NCBI GenBank assembly: GCA_947470805.1
Contig: CANIVU010000029.1
Span: 1,583-65,582, forward strand
Source: Acidobacteriota bacterium
Lineage (GTDB): Bacteria; Acidobacteriota; Terriglobia; Bryobacterales; Bryobacteraceae
Direction: 5' to 3'
DNA length: 64,000 bases
Made by a program: the position numbers and the translations under genes. The notes beneath the pieces were generated by a model. It did no database searches. It was not told where the DNA came from and saw only the letters and a program-made list of their open reading frames with translations. Of this stretch, positions 19,547-28,847 are shown piece by piece. Every line of letters begins with the position of its first letter. Within the stretch, counting starts at the first letter, position 1.

Positions 19547-21604
19547 CTAGAGCGATTTCAGGTACTCGACCAGATCCCAGCGCTGGTCGTCGGTCATCTT
19601 CGTGCCGTACTCGTGACCGGCGTTCGAGTTGGTGAATTGAGAGGTATCGAAGAGGAAGCCGTCGTATTCGGATTCGCCGTGCTTGAGGCCCACCTTCTTC
19701 ACGTCGAGTTCGCGGGAGCCGACGCGGAACTTCTTCGGCCGGTCCGCGGCTGGCAGGAGCAGATCATATAGCGTCGGCACGGAGCCGTTGTGGAGGTAGG
19801 GCGCGGTGGCCCAGATGCCGTTGAGCGCCCGGCCCTTATAGGCCTGGAGCGATTGAAACGGAGCGGCGGTAGTGTCGGGGGTGTAATTACCCGCCTTGAC
19901 GCTGGGCTTGATGTCGTTGCCGGTGTATTCGTTGAACAGATCGACGGCCCATTCGGCGGCGCGGGTGAACCACCATTTATCGGGACTGGGGGTGGCGACG
20001 ACGTTTTCGGTGGCGGTGGTGAGGATGGCGGCGACGGGGGCCTTGGTGTTCAGCAGTACGGCGCCAACGCCGGCCTTCATGTACATGTTGCGCAGGATGC
20101 CGCTGAAGCCGTTGTACTGGACGCTGTTGTTGGCCATCGTCGGATCGGTCCCGGCGGCGGAGACCTTGTCCATGTGGGCAACGATGCGGCGACTGGAGCT
20201 GCTGCGATCGATGTTGGCGTGGCATGCAGCGCAGTGTTCGACGAAGAGCTTTTCGCCGCCGTCGCGCTTGGCGGGGTCGATGGCGGGCAGACCGGCGGCG
20301 GGGTCCTCCCAGCGGGGGGACTGGAGGCTCCAGAGACGGTCTTCCAACTGGCGCAGATTGTGGACGTTGACGGAGGACTGGAAACTGATGTGGGTGTCGC
20401 CGAAACCCTGGCCGCCGAGAACGGAGGAGACGGTCCAGCCTTTCTTCTGCTGCCAGTCGAGGGTGCCGAAGACGCCGATGACTTCGCCGGCGTTGCGACC
20501 GATGGGGCCGACGCCGCCGTTGGCGCCGATGCCGTTCCACTGCACGTAATCGTGTTGCGGAATGTCCCAAAGGAAGGGGTAGCTGACGGGGGCGTTGGGG
20601 GGATTGAAGACGCGGTCGCGGAGAGCGCGACGCTGCTCGATGGAGAGCAAGGCGACGAGGCGCTCCATGAGGTGGTCGCGATTTTCGCTGGTCAAGACTG
20701 GCTTCATTTTCTCCAGGAGCGCCTGGGACTGATCGAGAGGGAGGGCGCCGGTCAGAATCTCGCGGAGCGCTTCCGGATTGAGGACGTGTTCGAGAACGCG
20801 GTTGTAGATGCGGCCAAAGGCGTCGAGCCGCGCGTAGCCATAGGGCACGGGGGTCACGGAACCGTCGTCGTTGTGTTTGAAGCTGTCGTTGAAGAAGCTG
20901 TAGGCTTCCATGCGGAGGGTGTAGATGTCGAGGTCGAGGAGAATCTCGGCCTCGTCGTTGTAGTTACCGCTGTTCTTGACGGCGGCGACGAAGCGCTGGC
21001 GTTTGGCGGGGTCGGTCTTGGTGGCGGCGAGGGCGCGCCAGAGATCGTTCATGAAGCCGTCCATGTCGGCGGCGCCGGGGCCGCCATCGATGCGGATTCC
21101 GACGCCCTGGTAGTTAACCTGAGTGGTGTGGCAGGCGGCGCAGGTGAAGCCCATGTACTTCTTGCCACGATAGGTATCGGCGACCATGCCGAGCGGGAGG
21201 CCATCGGGGTTGCTCTTAGTGGGGCGCTGCGGGAGGTAACGGTAGCGGTTGACGTTTTCAGGGGCGCGGAAGGGCTGGTGCGCCTTTTCCTGTTCGACGT
21301 GGAGGAAGAAGTCGTAGGGGAGGAGGTTGGAGCCCTGGGTGGTGGAGTAGAACCAGAGGCTATCGGAGGCGGTCCAGCCTTGTTCGAGGTATTTCACCTG
21401 TTGGAACTTGTCGCCGAAGACGTCGGCGGAGACGGTGGCGGCGCCGCGGCCGGGGTCGCTGTCGGTGAACTTCTGGTAGAGGCTGCCGTACCAGGCGGTG
21501 GCGCGGACGAGGATGATCGCGACGAGTAGTGCGGCGGCGAGCCAGAGGGCGCGACGGCCGAGGGCGCCGATTTTGTGTATGAGATACACGAATGCCTTTT
21601 GCAT
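19547..21604 (-). CDS. Membrane-anchored di-haem cytochrome c, peroxidase/MauG-like
   Basis: N-terminal TM at LWLAAALLVAIILV. Two CxxCH motifs (FTCAACHTT, EHCAACHAN). CCP/MauG-like block GIWATAPYLHNGSVPTLYDLL. Confidence 0.78.
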   Translation of the reverse strand: MQKAFVYLIHKIGALGRRALWLAAALLVAIILVRATAWYGSLYQKFTDSDPGRGAATVSADVFGDKFQQVKYLEQGWTASDSLWFYSTTQGSNLLPYDFFLHVEQEKAHQPFRAPENVNRYRYLPQRPTKSNPDGLPLGMVADTYRGKKYMGFTCAACHTTQVNYQGVGIRIDGGPGAADMDGFMNDLWRALAATKTDPAKRQRFVAAVKNSGNYNDEAEILLDLDIYTLRMEAYSFFNDSFKHNDDGSVTPVPYGYARLDAFGRIYNRVLEHVLNPEALREILTGALPLDQSQALLEKMKPVLTSENRDHLMERLVALLSIEQRRALRDRVFNPPNAPVSYPFLWDIPQHDYVQWNGIGANGGVGPIGRNAGEVIGVFGTLDWQQKKGWTVSSVLGGQGFGDTHISFQSSVNVHNLRQLEDRLWSLQSPRWEDPAAGLPAIDPAKRDGGEKLFVEHCAACHANIDRSSSSRRIVAHMDKVSAAGTDPTMANNSVQYNGFSGILRNMYMKAGVGAVLLNTKAPVAAILTTATENVVATPSPDKWWFTRAAEWAVDLFNEYTGNDIKPSVKAGNYTPDTTAAPFQSLQAYKGRALNGIWATAPYLHNGSVPTLYDLLLPAADRPKKFRVGSRELDVKKVGLKHGESEYDGFLFDTSQFTNSNAGHEYGTKMTDDQRWDLVEYLKSL

Positions 21605-21773
21605 GGAGGCGGTCCTTGGATTGGAATAGGGCGGACTAGTAAGTCAAGACCGAGTAACTCGGGTGAATGCGCGCTCAATTACAACACAGGCGGGAAAGGG
21701 TGTCAACCCAAAACCATCCATTCGTTTTTGTTTCTTGTGTCACCAAATTCGCGAGGATATCGCTTGGGTGTTC

Positions 21774-23066
21774 ATGCGATTCTTTTTGCTCACTTTGATT
21801 CTGATAGCAGGCCTACGTCCAACGTGCCAGGCCGCGAAGACACGGATCTTTACGATGGAGGTGACGGTACGGGACGTCGCGGGAAACCCGATCCTGGGAG
21901 CCGGCGGAGTGCGGGTGGAGTTGAAGCAGTTTCCATCGGGAAAACAGGCTGCGTCTGGCGGCGCGGTGGAGTCAGGAGCGGCGCCGGGCGTGTACCGGGC
22001 TACGTTCCGGGAGGCGACAGGGATTTCGGCGGATTCTGCGGTACTGGAGAACCAGAGCTGGCAGGTGCGGGTCAGCGCGTCCGGCTACAAGGAGCGTTCG
22101 TTTGGACCACTGCGACTGAAGGAGCAGGACGGCCAAATTGTACCCGCCGAGGAAACGGCCAGGCTCGAAACGACACTGCTGCGGAACGGGCGGGAGTGGC
22201 AGGCTCAGTTTTCGTGTCCGCTGCCGGAGGCGCCATTGCCGGCGGCGTTTGTGCGACTGAACAACATCCTGGATGGCAAACAAGACAAATGCGCTCCGGT
22301 GCCGCAGGATGTCTACCTGCAGGTGCTTCGCGCCCCATTGCGAAGCCTGTTCAGAAAGAACCCGTCCATCAACGTTGGAACGTTATCGAAAAGCGGGTTT
22401 TACCAACTAGAGACCGAGAAGCACCCGGAGCAGGCGGCGCGGGCACGGGCGGCGATGCTGAACATCGCCCACGCGCTGAACACGGAAGCCGAAGCGGGCT
22501 GCATGGCACCCGCGCAGCCGGACTGGCTGGCGGAGATCCAACGTGTGCTGGTGATCAGCGAAGAGCGGATGATTGCACGGGTGAAGAAAGAGCTTTACCT
22601 GCGCGTACTGGAAATGGCGAATAACGCTCAGGTGTATACGTGCCAGTCGACGGTGACGGCGAGTGTGGCGCTGCACCTGTTTGACGATCCGGTGCTGTGG
22701 AAGACAACGGGTACCCGCGCGCGCGCCAGAGACACGCACAGCATCAAGACGCCATTATGCCAGGGGAATGTACAGATTACGGCGGCCAAGTTCGGCGATG
22801 GTGAGAACGCGGTCTATTTGGCCGATTTCGACATCGACGAAAATCTGGCGGCTGGGGCCCACTTGCTGGACGTGGTGCGTCACGCGGTGACAGGCCGGGG
22901 TACGGACGCCTACGAAGTGTACGAGATGCTGGTGGCACGGGGGCGGCACACCGAGGTAGAGATGGGTTACCGACTGGCGCAGCAAGGCAAGCCCGTAAAT
23001 CAGAGTTGCCCGGAAGCGAGGCGTCCGCTGATTACCGCGGATGGAACAGCAGCAGGTCCAAACTGA
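21774..23066 (+). CDS. Hypothetical secreted protein
   Basis: ORF trimmed to ATG 21774 (MRFFLLTLILIAGLRPTCQA signal). The N-terminal beta-sandwich-like segment TMEVTVRDVAGNPILGAGGVRVEL is carboxypeptidase-regulatory-like. The rest is unrecognised. Confidence 0.6.
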   Translation: MRFFLLTLILIAGLRPTCQAAKTRIFTMEVTVRDVAGNPILGAGGVRVELKQFPSGKQAASGGAVESGAAPGVYRATFREATGISADSAVLENQSWQVRVSASGYKERSFGPLRLKEQDGQIVPAEETARLETTLLRNGREWQAQFSCPLPEAPLPAAFVRLNNILDGKQDKCAPVPQDVYLQVLRAPLRSLFRKNPSINVGTLSKSGFYQLETEKHPEQAARARAAMLNIAHALNTEAEAGCMAPAQPDWLAEIQRVLVISEERMIARVKKELYLRVLEMANNAQVYTCQSTVTASVALHLFDDPVLWKTTGTRARARDTHSIKTPLCQGNVQITAAKFGDGENAVYLADFDIDENLAAGAHLLDVVRHAVTGRGTDAYEVYEMLVARGRHTEVEMGYRLAQQGKPVNQSCPEARRPLITADGTAAGPN

Positions 23067-23832
23067 ATGTCACCGGCTGGGCTTCCGGCGGACGTGGCTG
23101 CAGGGGCCGGTAGATGGCGAGCAGGACGTCGGCCACGCCGGCGGCGTCGAGGGCGGCGGTGGTGGTGACACGTTCGCGGGCAGCGAGGGTGAAGTCGCTG
23201 GCGAAGGTTTCGATGGTGCGGTCGATGCGGTCACGGCCGGCGCCGCGGAGTTCGATGAGATCTTCCGGGGCTGGGATGGCGACCAGGAGCCGGCCGCCGG
23301 AATGCAGCACGCGGCGGAACTCGGCCGGGTTCATGCGGGCGGTAATGGAGACGACGGCGGAGAAGGCGCCATCGGCATAGGGAATGGCGCGGTCGGCATT
23401 GGCAACGACCCAGGAGCAGGCGGGGTACTTCTTCGCCGCGGCGTCGATGGCGGGGATGGAGATATCGACGCCGTGGGCGGCAAAGCCGGTTTGGGAGGCG
23501 AGCGAACCGAGATAGAAGCCTTCGCCGCAGCCGGCGTCGAGGATGGATTCCTCGGCCTGGGGGGCGAGCATGGAGGCGATGCCGGCCAGAAGAGGCGCGG
23601 TGACGCCACGGGCGTGCAGGCGGCGGCGGGCGGCGACGGCATCGGCGGAGTCGCCGGGGTGTTTGGATTTCTTGTCCTGGGGCTGAAGGAGGTTAACGTA
23701 GCCGCTGCGGGCGACGTCGAACGAATGGCCGCTGCCGCAGACCCAGAGGCGGGCGTCGCGGAGGAGCGGTTTCTGGCAGTCGCGAACGGGGCAAAGGAGC
23801 ATGGGGGAAGTTCGCGGAAGCGCTCCTTTCAT
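23032..23832 (-). CDS. rlmA: 23S rRNA (guanine-N1)-methyltransferase RlmA-like
   Basis: Zn-finger-like CPVRDC...CGSGHSFDVARSGYVNLLQPQDKKSKHPGDS. SAM motif ILDAGCGEGFY. Met11 (23802) is an alternative start. Confidence 0.82.
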   Translation of the reverse strand: MKGALPRTSPMLLCPVRDCQKPLLRDARLWVCGSGHSFDVARSGYVNLLQPQDKKSKHPGDSADAVAARRRLHARGVTAPLLAGIASMLAPQAEESILDAGCGEGFYLGSLASQTGFAAHGVDISIPAIDAAAKKYPACSWVVANADRAIPYADGAFSAVVSITARMNPAEFRRVLHSGGRLLVAIPAPEDLIELRGAGRDRIDRTIETFASDFTLAARERVTTTAALDAAGVADVLLAIYRPLQPRPPEAQPVTFSLDLLLFHPR

Positions 23833-23858
23833 TATAATTCGGGGCTTATCATCAAAAC

Positions 23859-24311
23859 ATGAAGGTCGCCGAGATCATGAACCGCGCTCCGCTTTCGCTG
23901 CGCGACGACGAGACGTTTGGCAGCGCGTTCGAACGGCTGCGGGACGCGCAGGTGACGACGATCCCAGTGGTGGACGCTGACGGTGTCTACGAGGGCATTT
24001 TCGATCTGAAAGACATCTGGCGGCTGCTGTTGCCGCGGGCGGCGCATCTGAACCGGAATTCGATTGAAGATCTTTCGTTCGTATCGAGTTCGCTGGATAG
24101 AATGAAAGACGAGATCAGCGAGGCGGCTCCGTTGCCGATCCGACAGTTTCTGACCGCCGACGACCTGCCCGTGGTGTACGCCGATAGTCCGGTTCAACAG
24201 GCCATTCTCCTCATCGACAAGTACGGCGAGACGGTGGCGGTGGTGGACCGGCAGACGCGAAAACTGGTGGGCACCGTGTCGGCATGGCAGATCCTGGACG
24301 CGCTCCGGTAA
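23859..24311 (+). CDS. CBS domain pair protein
   Basis: 150 aa. MKVAEIMNRAPLSLRDDETFGSAFERLRDAQVTTIPVVD and a second CBS repeat, ...AILLIDKYGETVAVVD. Confidence 0.85.
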   Translation: MKVAEIMNRAPLSLRDDETFGSAFERLRDAQVTTIPVVDADGVYEGIFDLKDIWRLLLPRAAHLNRNSIEDLSFVSSSLDRMKDEISEAAPLPIRQFLTADDLPVVYADSPVQQAILLIDKYGETVAVVDRQTRKLVGTVSAWQILDALR

Positions 24312-24338
24312 CTACCCTTTTAGGAGACACACGCCCGC

Positions 24339-25664
24339 ATGCATGGAGAGACCGCCTATGGATGGAGCGCGGCGTGGTTGGCCACCGGTGTTTTTGTTGG
24401 CACTTATGCGCTGGTGATCAGCGACAAATTGAACCGGGCGGTGCTGGCGCTGCTGGGCGCGGCGCTGTTGATTCTATGTGGTGTGCTGAACCAGGAGGCG
24501 GCGATCCGAGGGATCGATTTCAACACCATCGGCCTGCTACTGGGGATGATGCTGATCGTTAACATCACGGCGAAGTCGGGCGTGTTTCAGTATGTGGCGA
24601 TCTGGTCGGCGAAGCGGGTGAACGCGCAGCCGTTGGGGGTGCTGTTCATGCTGTCGATGGTGACGGCGCTGCTGTCGGCATTGCTGGATAACGTGACGAC
24701 GGTATTGCTGGTGGTGCCGGTGACGCTGCTGATCACCGAGGAATTGAAAGTGAAGGCGTATCCGTATCTGATCGCCGAGGTGCTTTGCTCCAATATTGGC
24801 GGCACAGCGACGCTAATTGGCGACCCGCCGAACATCATGATCGGCTCGCTGGTGGGGATTCCATTTAACGACTTCATCTACCATCTGACGCCGGTGGTGA
24901 TTGTGGTTCTGCTGGTGTCGGCTGTGCCGTTCTATTTCCTTTGGCGGACGGAGCTGGTGGCAAGCGAGAAGGCGCGGCGGCGCGTGATGGAGTTCGAAGA
25001 GCGGGAGGCGATTCACGACTGGCGACTGCTGCGGCAGGCGCTGTTCGTGCTGGCGCTGGTGCTGACGGGCTTCTTCACTTCGCGGTTAACGCACCTGGAA
25101 CCGGCGACGGTTTCGATGGGCGGGGCGGCGTTGTTGTTACTGCTGGATAATTTCCGGAAGAGCGCCGAGGAGCAGGGGGCGAGCGTGCAGAAGGCGTTCG
25201 CGGAGGTGGAGTGGGTGACGCTGATGTTCTTCGCCGGGCTGTTCATTCTGGTGCACGGGCTGGAGGCGTCGGGCGTGATCCGGGCGATGGCGGAGAAGTT
25301 GCTGGCGGCGACGCAGGGGGACCGGACGGTGACGGTGTTGGCAGTGTTGTGGGGGTCGGCGTTTCTGTCGGCGTTCATCGACAATATTCCGTTTGTGGCG
25401 GCGATGATTCCGCTGATCAAAAGCATGGCGCCGGCGTTCGGCGGGGAGCAGGGACTTATGCCGTTGTGGTGGGCGTTATCGCTGGGCGCATGTTTGGGAG
25501 GGAATGGGACGTTGGTGGGAGCGTCAGCGAATCTGGTGGTTGCCGGGCTTGCCGAACGCGCCGGGCAGCCGATCAAGTTCGTCCCGTATTTGAAGTCGTG
25601 CTTCGGGCTGATGATTCTTTCGATCCTCGTTTGCCACGTTTATATCTATTGGCGCTACCTGTAG
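24339..25664 (+). CDS. ArsB/NhaD-superfamily anion permease (citrate-transporter-like)
   Basis: 441 aa with about 11 TM helices. Motifs: LLSALLDNVTTVLLVVP, NIGGTATLIGDPPNIMIG, FLSAFIDNIPFVAAMIPL. Confidence 0.85.
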   Translation: MHGETAYGWSAAWLATGVFVGTYALVISDKLNRAVLALLGAALLILCGVLNQEAAIRGIDFNTIGLLLGMMLIVNITAKSGVFQYVAIWSAKRVNAQPLGVLFMLSMVTALLSALLDNVTTVLLVVPVTLLITEELKVKAYPYLIAEVLCSNIGGTATLIGDPPNIMIGSLVGIPFNDFIYHLTPVVIVVLLVSAVPFYFLWRTELVASEKARRRVMEFEEREAIHDWRLLRQALFVLALVLTGFFTSRLTHLEPATVSMGGAALLLLLDNFRKSAEEQGASVQKAFAEVEWVTLMFFAGLFILVHGLEASGVIRAMAEKLLAATQGDRTVTVLAVLWGSAFLSAFIDNIPFVAAMIPLIKSMAPAFGGEQGLMPLWWALSLGACLGGNGTLVGASANLVVAGLAERAGQPIKFVPYLKSCFGLMILSILVCHVYIYWRYL

Positions 25665-25917
25665 GACGGGCGAAAAATATTTTCATGCCGTGATCAAATC
25701 CGGCCGTACCTGTCGCTGAGTGTCACAGAGAACGCAACATGACGATTATTGCCACGCTTCATTCCTTCTTCCAGCCCGCGACACGCACGGCAGAGACCCC
25801 GGCGCTGAAATGGCAGGCGCCGCCGCCGATGACCGATGACGCCCTGCACGGCGGGCGGGCGCGGACAGTACGCAAGGTGGCCTGTCCGGCGCCCACGTTC
25901 TTACCGGCGCGGGGAGT

Positions 25918-26781
25918 TCAATCGTAGAGCAGCTCGGCATAGCGGCCGTCGGCGTTGAGCTTTGACTTCAGATCGAGCCACGGCTCCTTACCGCCAGCCA
26001 TCTCCTCCATCGCCACTTCGAACTTCGTTTCGGCGGCGGTGAGCCCGGCGACGTAGACGAAGGTCTTGGAGTCCTGCAGCATCTCCCAGATTTCGGCGGA
26101 GTTTTCGAGCAGCACGCGGTCGAGCGCGGGCGGCGCGTCGTAGTGCGGGCGGGGACTGATGGCTTCGAAGGCGCGGAAGGAACTCTGATCGTAGTAGAGC
26201 GCCAGATCCTTGCGGAAATCGTTCATGTAGAGCAGTTCCATGCCGCTCTTGGCACCGAAGAAGAGCCGTACTTTTCCCTGCCAGGCGCCGTGGCGCTGAT
26301 AGATGTGCTTGACGAAGGCACGGAAGGGGGCGATGCCGGTGCCGGCACCGACCATAAGGAGATTGGCATCGTCGTTCTGCGGCACTTCGAACTGCACGCC
26401 GTAGGGGCCGGTGATTTGAATGGGATCGCCTGGATTGGCATCGCACAGGAAGTTGGAAGCGCGCCCCGGGTAGCGCTCGCCGCTGATGTCATCGATGGAG
26501 AAGCAGCGGCGAACGCAGATGGAGATGGTATCGCCGCGGCCATCGTCGCCGCCGCGGGGGCTGGCGATGGAGTACAGGCGCAGATGGTGCTCGTTGCCGA
26601 ACTCGTGGGGGCCGGGGGCGAGAACACCGATGCTCTGGCCCTCGACGTAATCGAACGGCGTGTCGGGCAACCGGAGCACCAAGTGGCGCACCTCCGCCTC
26701 CCAACCCAGGGGCGTAATCCGCTCGCTACTGACAAGCGTTGTCGTGTAGGAGTGATTCAGATCGTATTCATTCAGTCTCAT
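25918..26781 (-). CDS. Plant-type ferredoxin-NADP+ reductase
   Basis: YVEGQSIGVLAPG...LRLYSIASPRGGDD...ISICVRR...ITGPYG...LLMVGAGTGIAPFRAF matches the FNR FAD/NADP signature. The start overlaps the upstream stop (ATGA at 26778-26781). Confidence 0.87.
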   Translation of the reverse strand: MRLNEYDLNHSYTTTLVSSERITPLGWEAEVRHLVLRLPDTPFDYVEGQSIGVLAPGPHEFGNEHHLRLYSIASPRGGDDGRGDTISICVRRCFSIDDISGERYPGRASNFLCDANPGDPIQITGPYGVQFEVPQNDDANLLMVGAGTGIAPFRAFVKHIYQRHGAWQGKVRLFFGAKSGMELLYMNDFRKDLALYYDQSSFRAFEAISPRPHYDAPPALDRVLLENSAEIWEMLQDSKTFVYVAGLTAAETKFEVAMEEMAGGKEPWLDLKSKLNADGRYAELLYD

Positions 26782-26990
26782 CTTGCCTCTCCCAATTCCG
26801 CCTTATCCGTGTGGCAACTGCCTTTGTTGGCGCAACCACCGCCGCAGCCGTGGAGCATAAAGTCCAGAACGTCCTTGTCCGGGTTCCGGCACCCGGAGCG
26901 CCGGCGAACCACGTTCTGTAGAAAGACCCAGAAACAGAGGACGGCAAATAATCCGCCCACCGCACGCAGTAGATTCCAGAGTTCGCTCAT
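26778..26990 (-). CDS. 70-aa Cys-rich single-TM micro-protein
   Basis: MSELWNLLRAVGGLFAVLCFWVFLQNVVRRRSGCRNPDKDVLDFMLHGCGGGCANKGSCHTDKAELGEAR. In the track it is hidden as the tail of the spurious 238-aa ORF 26778..27494. ATGA overlaps at both ends, with rnfA and with FNR. Confidence 0.6.
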   Translation of the reverse strand: MSELWNLLRAVGGLFAVLCFWVFLQNVVRRRSGCRNPDKDVLDFMLHGCGGGCANKGSCHTDKAELGEAR

Positions 26991-27571
26991 CCGCCACCTC
27001 CCATACCGGCGAAGCCCATGAAGGCCATCGAAAGCACGCTGGCCAGCACTAGCGTGAGGGCGGTGCCGCGGGCGAGGCTGGAAATGTCGGAAAGTTCCGT
27101 GCGTTCCCGGACCAGCGCGAGCAGGCACATGGCCATGCAGTAACCGCCGCTGGCCGACAGCGCAAAGACGGTGCTTTGTACGAAGTTGTAGTTGCGTGCC
27201 GTTTGAAAGAGCGGCACGGCGAGCACGGCGCAATTGGTGGTGATCAGCGGCAGGTAGACGCCGAGTTCGCGGAACAGCGCCGGGCTGTTCTTCTTGATGA
27301 ACATCTCCGTCAACTGCACAGTGGCGGCGATGATGACGATGTAGACGATTAACCGCAGATATTCGACGTGGAGCATGACCAGCACGATGTTCATGCCGTA
27401 GGAAAGAATGCCGCTGACGGTGATGACGAACATGACCGAGACGCCCATGCGCCATGCAGTGGAGAACTTCGCCGACAGGCCCAGGAACGAACACATCCCG
27501 AGAAAAACGCAGAGAACGAAGTTATTGATGAGGAACGAGTCGACGAATATGTGACCTAGTGATTCATTCAT
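26987..27571 (-). CDS. rnfA: Rnf complex subunit A
   Basis: ORF trimmed to ATG 27571. MNESLGHIFVDSFLINNFVLCVFLGMCSFLG..., a six-TM RnfA/NqrE-type protein. Confidence 0.92.
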   Translation of the reverse strand: MNESLGHIFVDSFLINNFVLCVFLGMCSFLGLSAKFSTAWRMGVSVMFVITVSGILSYGMNIVLVMLHVEYLRLIVYIVIIAATVQLTEMFIKKNSPALFRELGVYLPLITTNCAVLAVPLFQTARNYNFVQSTVFALSASGGYCMAMCLLALVRERTELSDISSLARGTALTLVLASVLSMAFMGFAGMGGGG

Positions 27572-28224
27572 GAGCGCACCTCGGCGGGCTGGATTTCCGT
27601 GAGACCGGCTTGCAGTTGCCGTTGCTTCCGTTCCCGGAAGGTGGCGAAGACGAGCAGCCAGATGGCGAGCGAAATGAAGCCTCCGGGAGGGAGGAGGAAC
27701 AGCACCCACGGCTCAAAGTTGGGGCCAAACAGCGGGATGCTGAGGAACGTGCCGGCGCCCAGAACTTCGCGCACCGTACCCAGGCAGGTGAGGCCGAAGG
27801 CGAAGCCCAGGCCCATACCGGCGCCGTCCATCATGGAGGGGATAACGGGCTTCTTGGCGGCGAAGGCTTCGGCGCGTTCGAGTACCAGGCAGTTGGCGAC
27901 GATCAATGGGATGAACGGCCCGAGCGCCTTGTACACCGGGATGCTGATGGCTTTGACGAGATAATCCGTCACCGTGACGGCAGTGGCGATGATGGCGATA
28001 TAAGTCGCGATGCGCACCTGTTTGGGGACGTGTTTGCGGATGGCGGCGATGAGGCCGTTGGAGATCACCAGAACGAAGGCGGTGGCCAGGCCCATGGCGA
28101 TGGCGTTGCGCACGCTATTGGTGATGGCGAGCGTCGGGCACATGCCGAGGATCTGGACGAATGTCGGGTTCTGACGCCAGAGGCCGTTCAGAAAGGGGTT
28201 CGGAGGTGTGGTGGTGGTGCTCAT
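27568..28224 (-). CDS. rnfE: Rnf complex subunit E
   Basis: GLWRQNPTFVQILGMCPTLAITNSVRNAIAMG, an RnfE/NqrD-type protein. Confidence 0.92.
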   Translation of the reverse strand: MSTTTTPPNPFLNGLWRQNPTFVQILGMCPTLAITNSVRNAIAMGLATAFVLVISNGLIAAIRKHVPKQVRIATYIAIIATAVTVTDYLVKAISIPVYKALGPFIPLIVANCLVLERAEAFAAKKPVIPSMMDGAGMGLGFAFGLTCLGTVREVLGAGTFLSIPLFGPNFEPWVLFLLPPGGFISLAIWLLVFATFRERKQRQLQAGLTEIQPAEVRS

Positions 28225-28847
28225 CAGTTTCCTCGCTCAATGCGCTCTTTGTTGCGCTGAATGACGGGCTCCATTTCGCGGATGCTGTTGGCCAGCAGGC
28301 GGCCGACGGCGCGGGAGGAGATGGTGGCGCCGGAGATGGCGTCGATCTCCCAGGGGTTCTTTTTGGTGCCGTGCTTGACGGCGGTGATGGGGTGGCTGGC
28401 GTCGAGCGCCTTGAAGTTGGCCAGGAAGTCCGGATCGGTACCGATCTTGTTGCCGAGGCCGGGCGTTTCCCGCATTTCGACGACGGTGAAGCCGGTGACG
28501 GTTTTGGCCGAGGGCGAGTAGGCGTACATGGCCGAGATGATGTCAGCGTAGCCGCGTTCATTGGCTTCGAGCACGACGCCGAGCAGTTTGCCGCCTTTGT
28601 CGTAACCGGCAAAGAGGCGTTTGGCGGTAGTCTCGCCGCCGGTGTGAACGGCGAGTTCGCCGGAGGGCTCGATGACGTAGACCGTCTGGTGATCCATGCC
28701 GGGGAGCAGTTGGATGAGCGACTCACGGAGGATGGTTTCCTGATTGATCTGGATGCGGCCGTGGGTGACGATGTTGACGCCGACGATCAGCATGCCGCAG
28801 ATCAGGGAGAGCACACCGAGAAATCGAATCATGACGACGCTGTTCAT
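28224..28847 (-). CDS. rnfG: Rnf complex subunit G (FMN-binding)
   Basis: ORF trimmed to ATG 28847. N-terminal TM anchor. Flavinylation motif AISGATISSRAV. Confidence 0.88.
   Translation of the reverse strand: MNSVVMIRFLGVLSLICGMLIVGVNIVTHGRIQINQETILRESLIQLLPGMDHQTVYVIEPSGELAVHTGGETTAKRLFAGYDKGGKLLGVVLEANERGYADIISAMYAYSPSAKTVTGFTVVEMRETPGLGNKIGTDPDFLANFKALDASHPITAVKHGTKKNPWEIDAISGATISSRAVGRLLANSIREMEPVIQRNKERIERGN

Noticed and set aside
19790-21529. 579-aa plus-strand ORF opposite the di-haem cytochrome gene. Similar shadows occur at 32942..34948, 38829..40190, 57043..58113 and 62895..63956.
   Set aside because: All are G/A/V/D/E-rich antisense shadows of genes with strong family motifs on the other strand.
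25665-25927. 62-aa ORF 25739..25927, and GC-rich hairpins (for example cggacag...ctgtccg near 25861-25887), in the 253-bp convergent gap
   Set aside because: The ORF has no motif and no start context, and it overlaps the FNR stop. The hairpins lack U-tracts, so I do not call a terminator.
26991-27494. Upstream 168 codons of the 238-aa ORF 26778..27494
   Set aside because: They overlap rnfA out of frame and give an R/H/P-rich translation. Only the terminal 70 codons, which start at an ATGA junction, look genuine.
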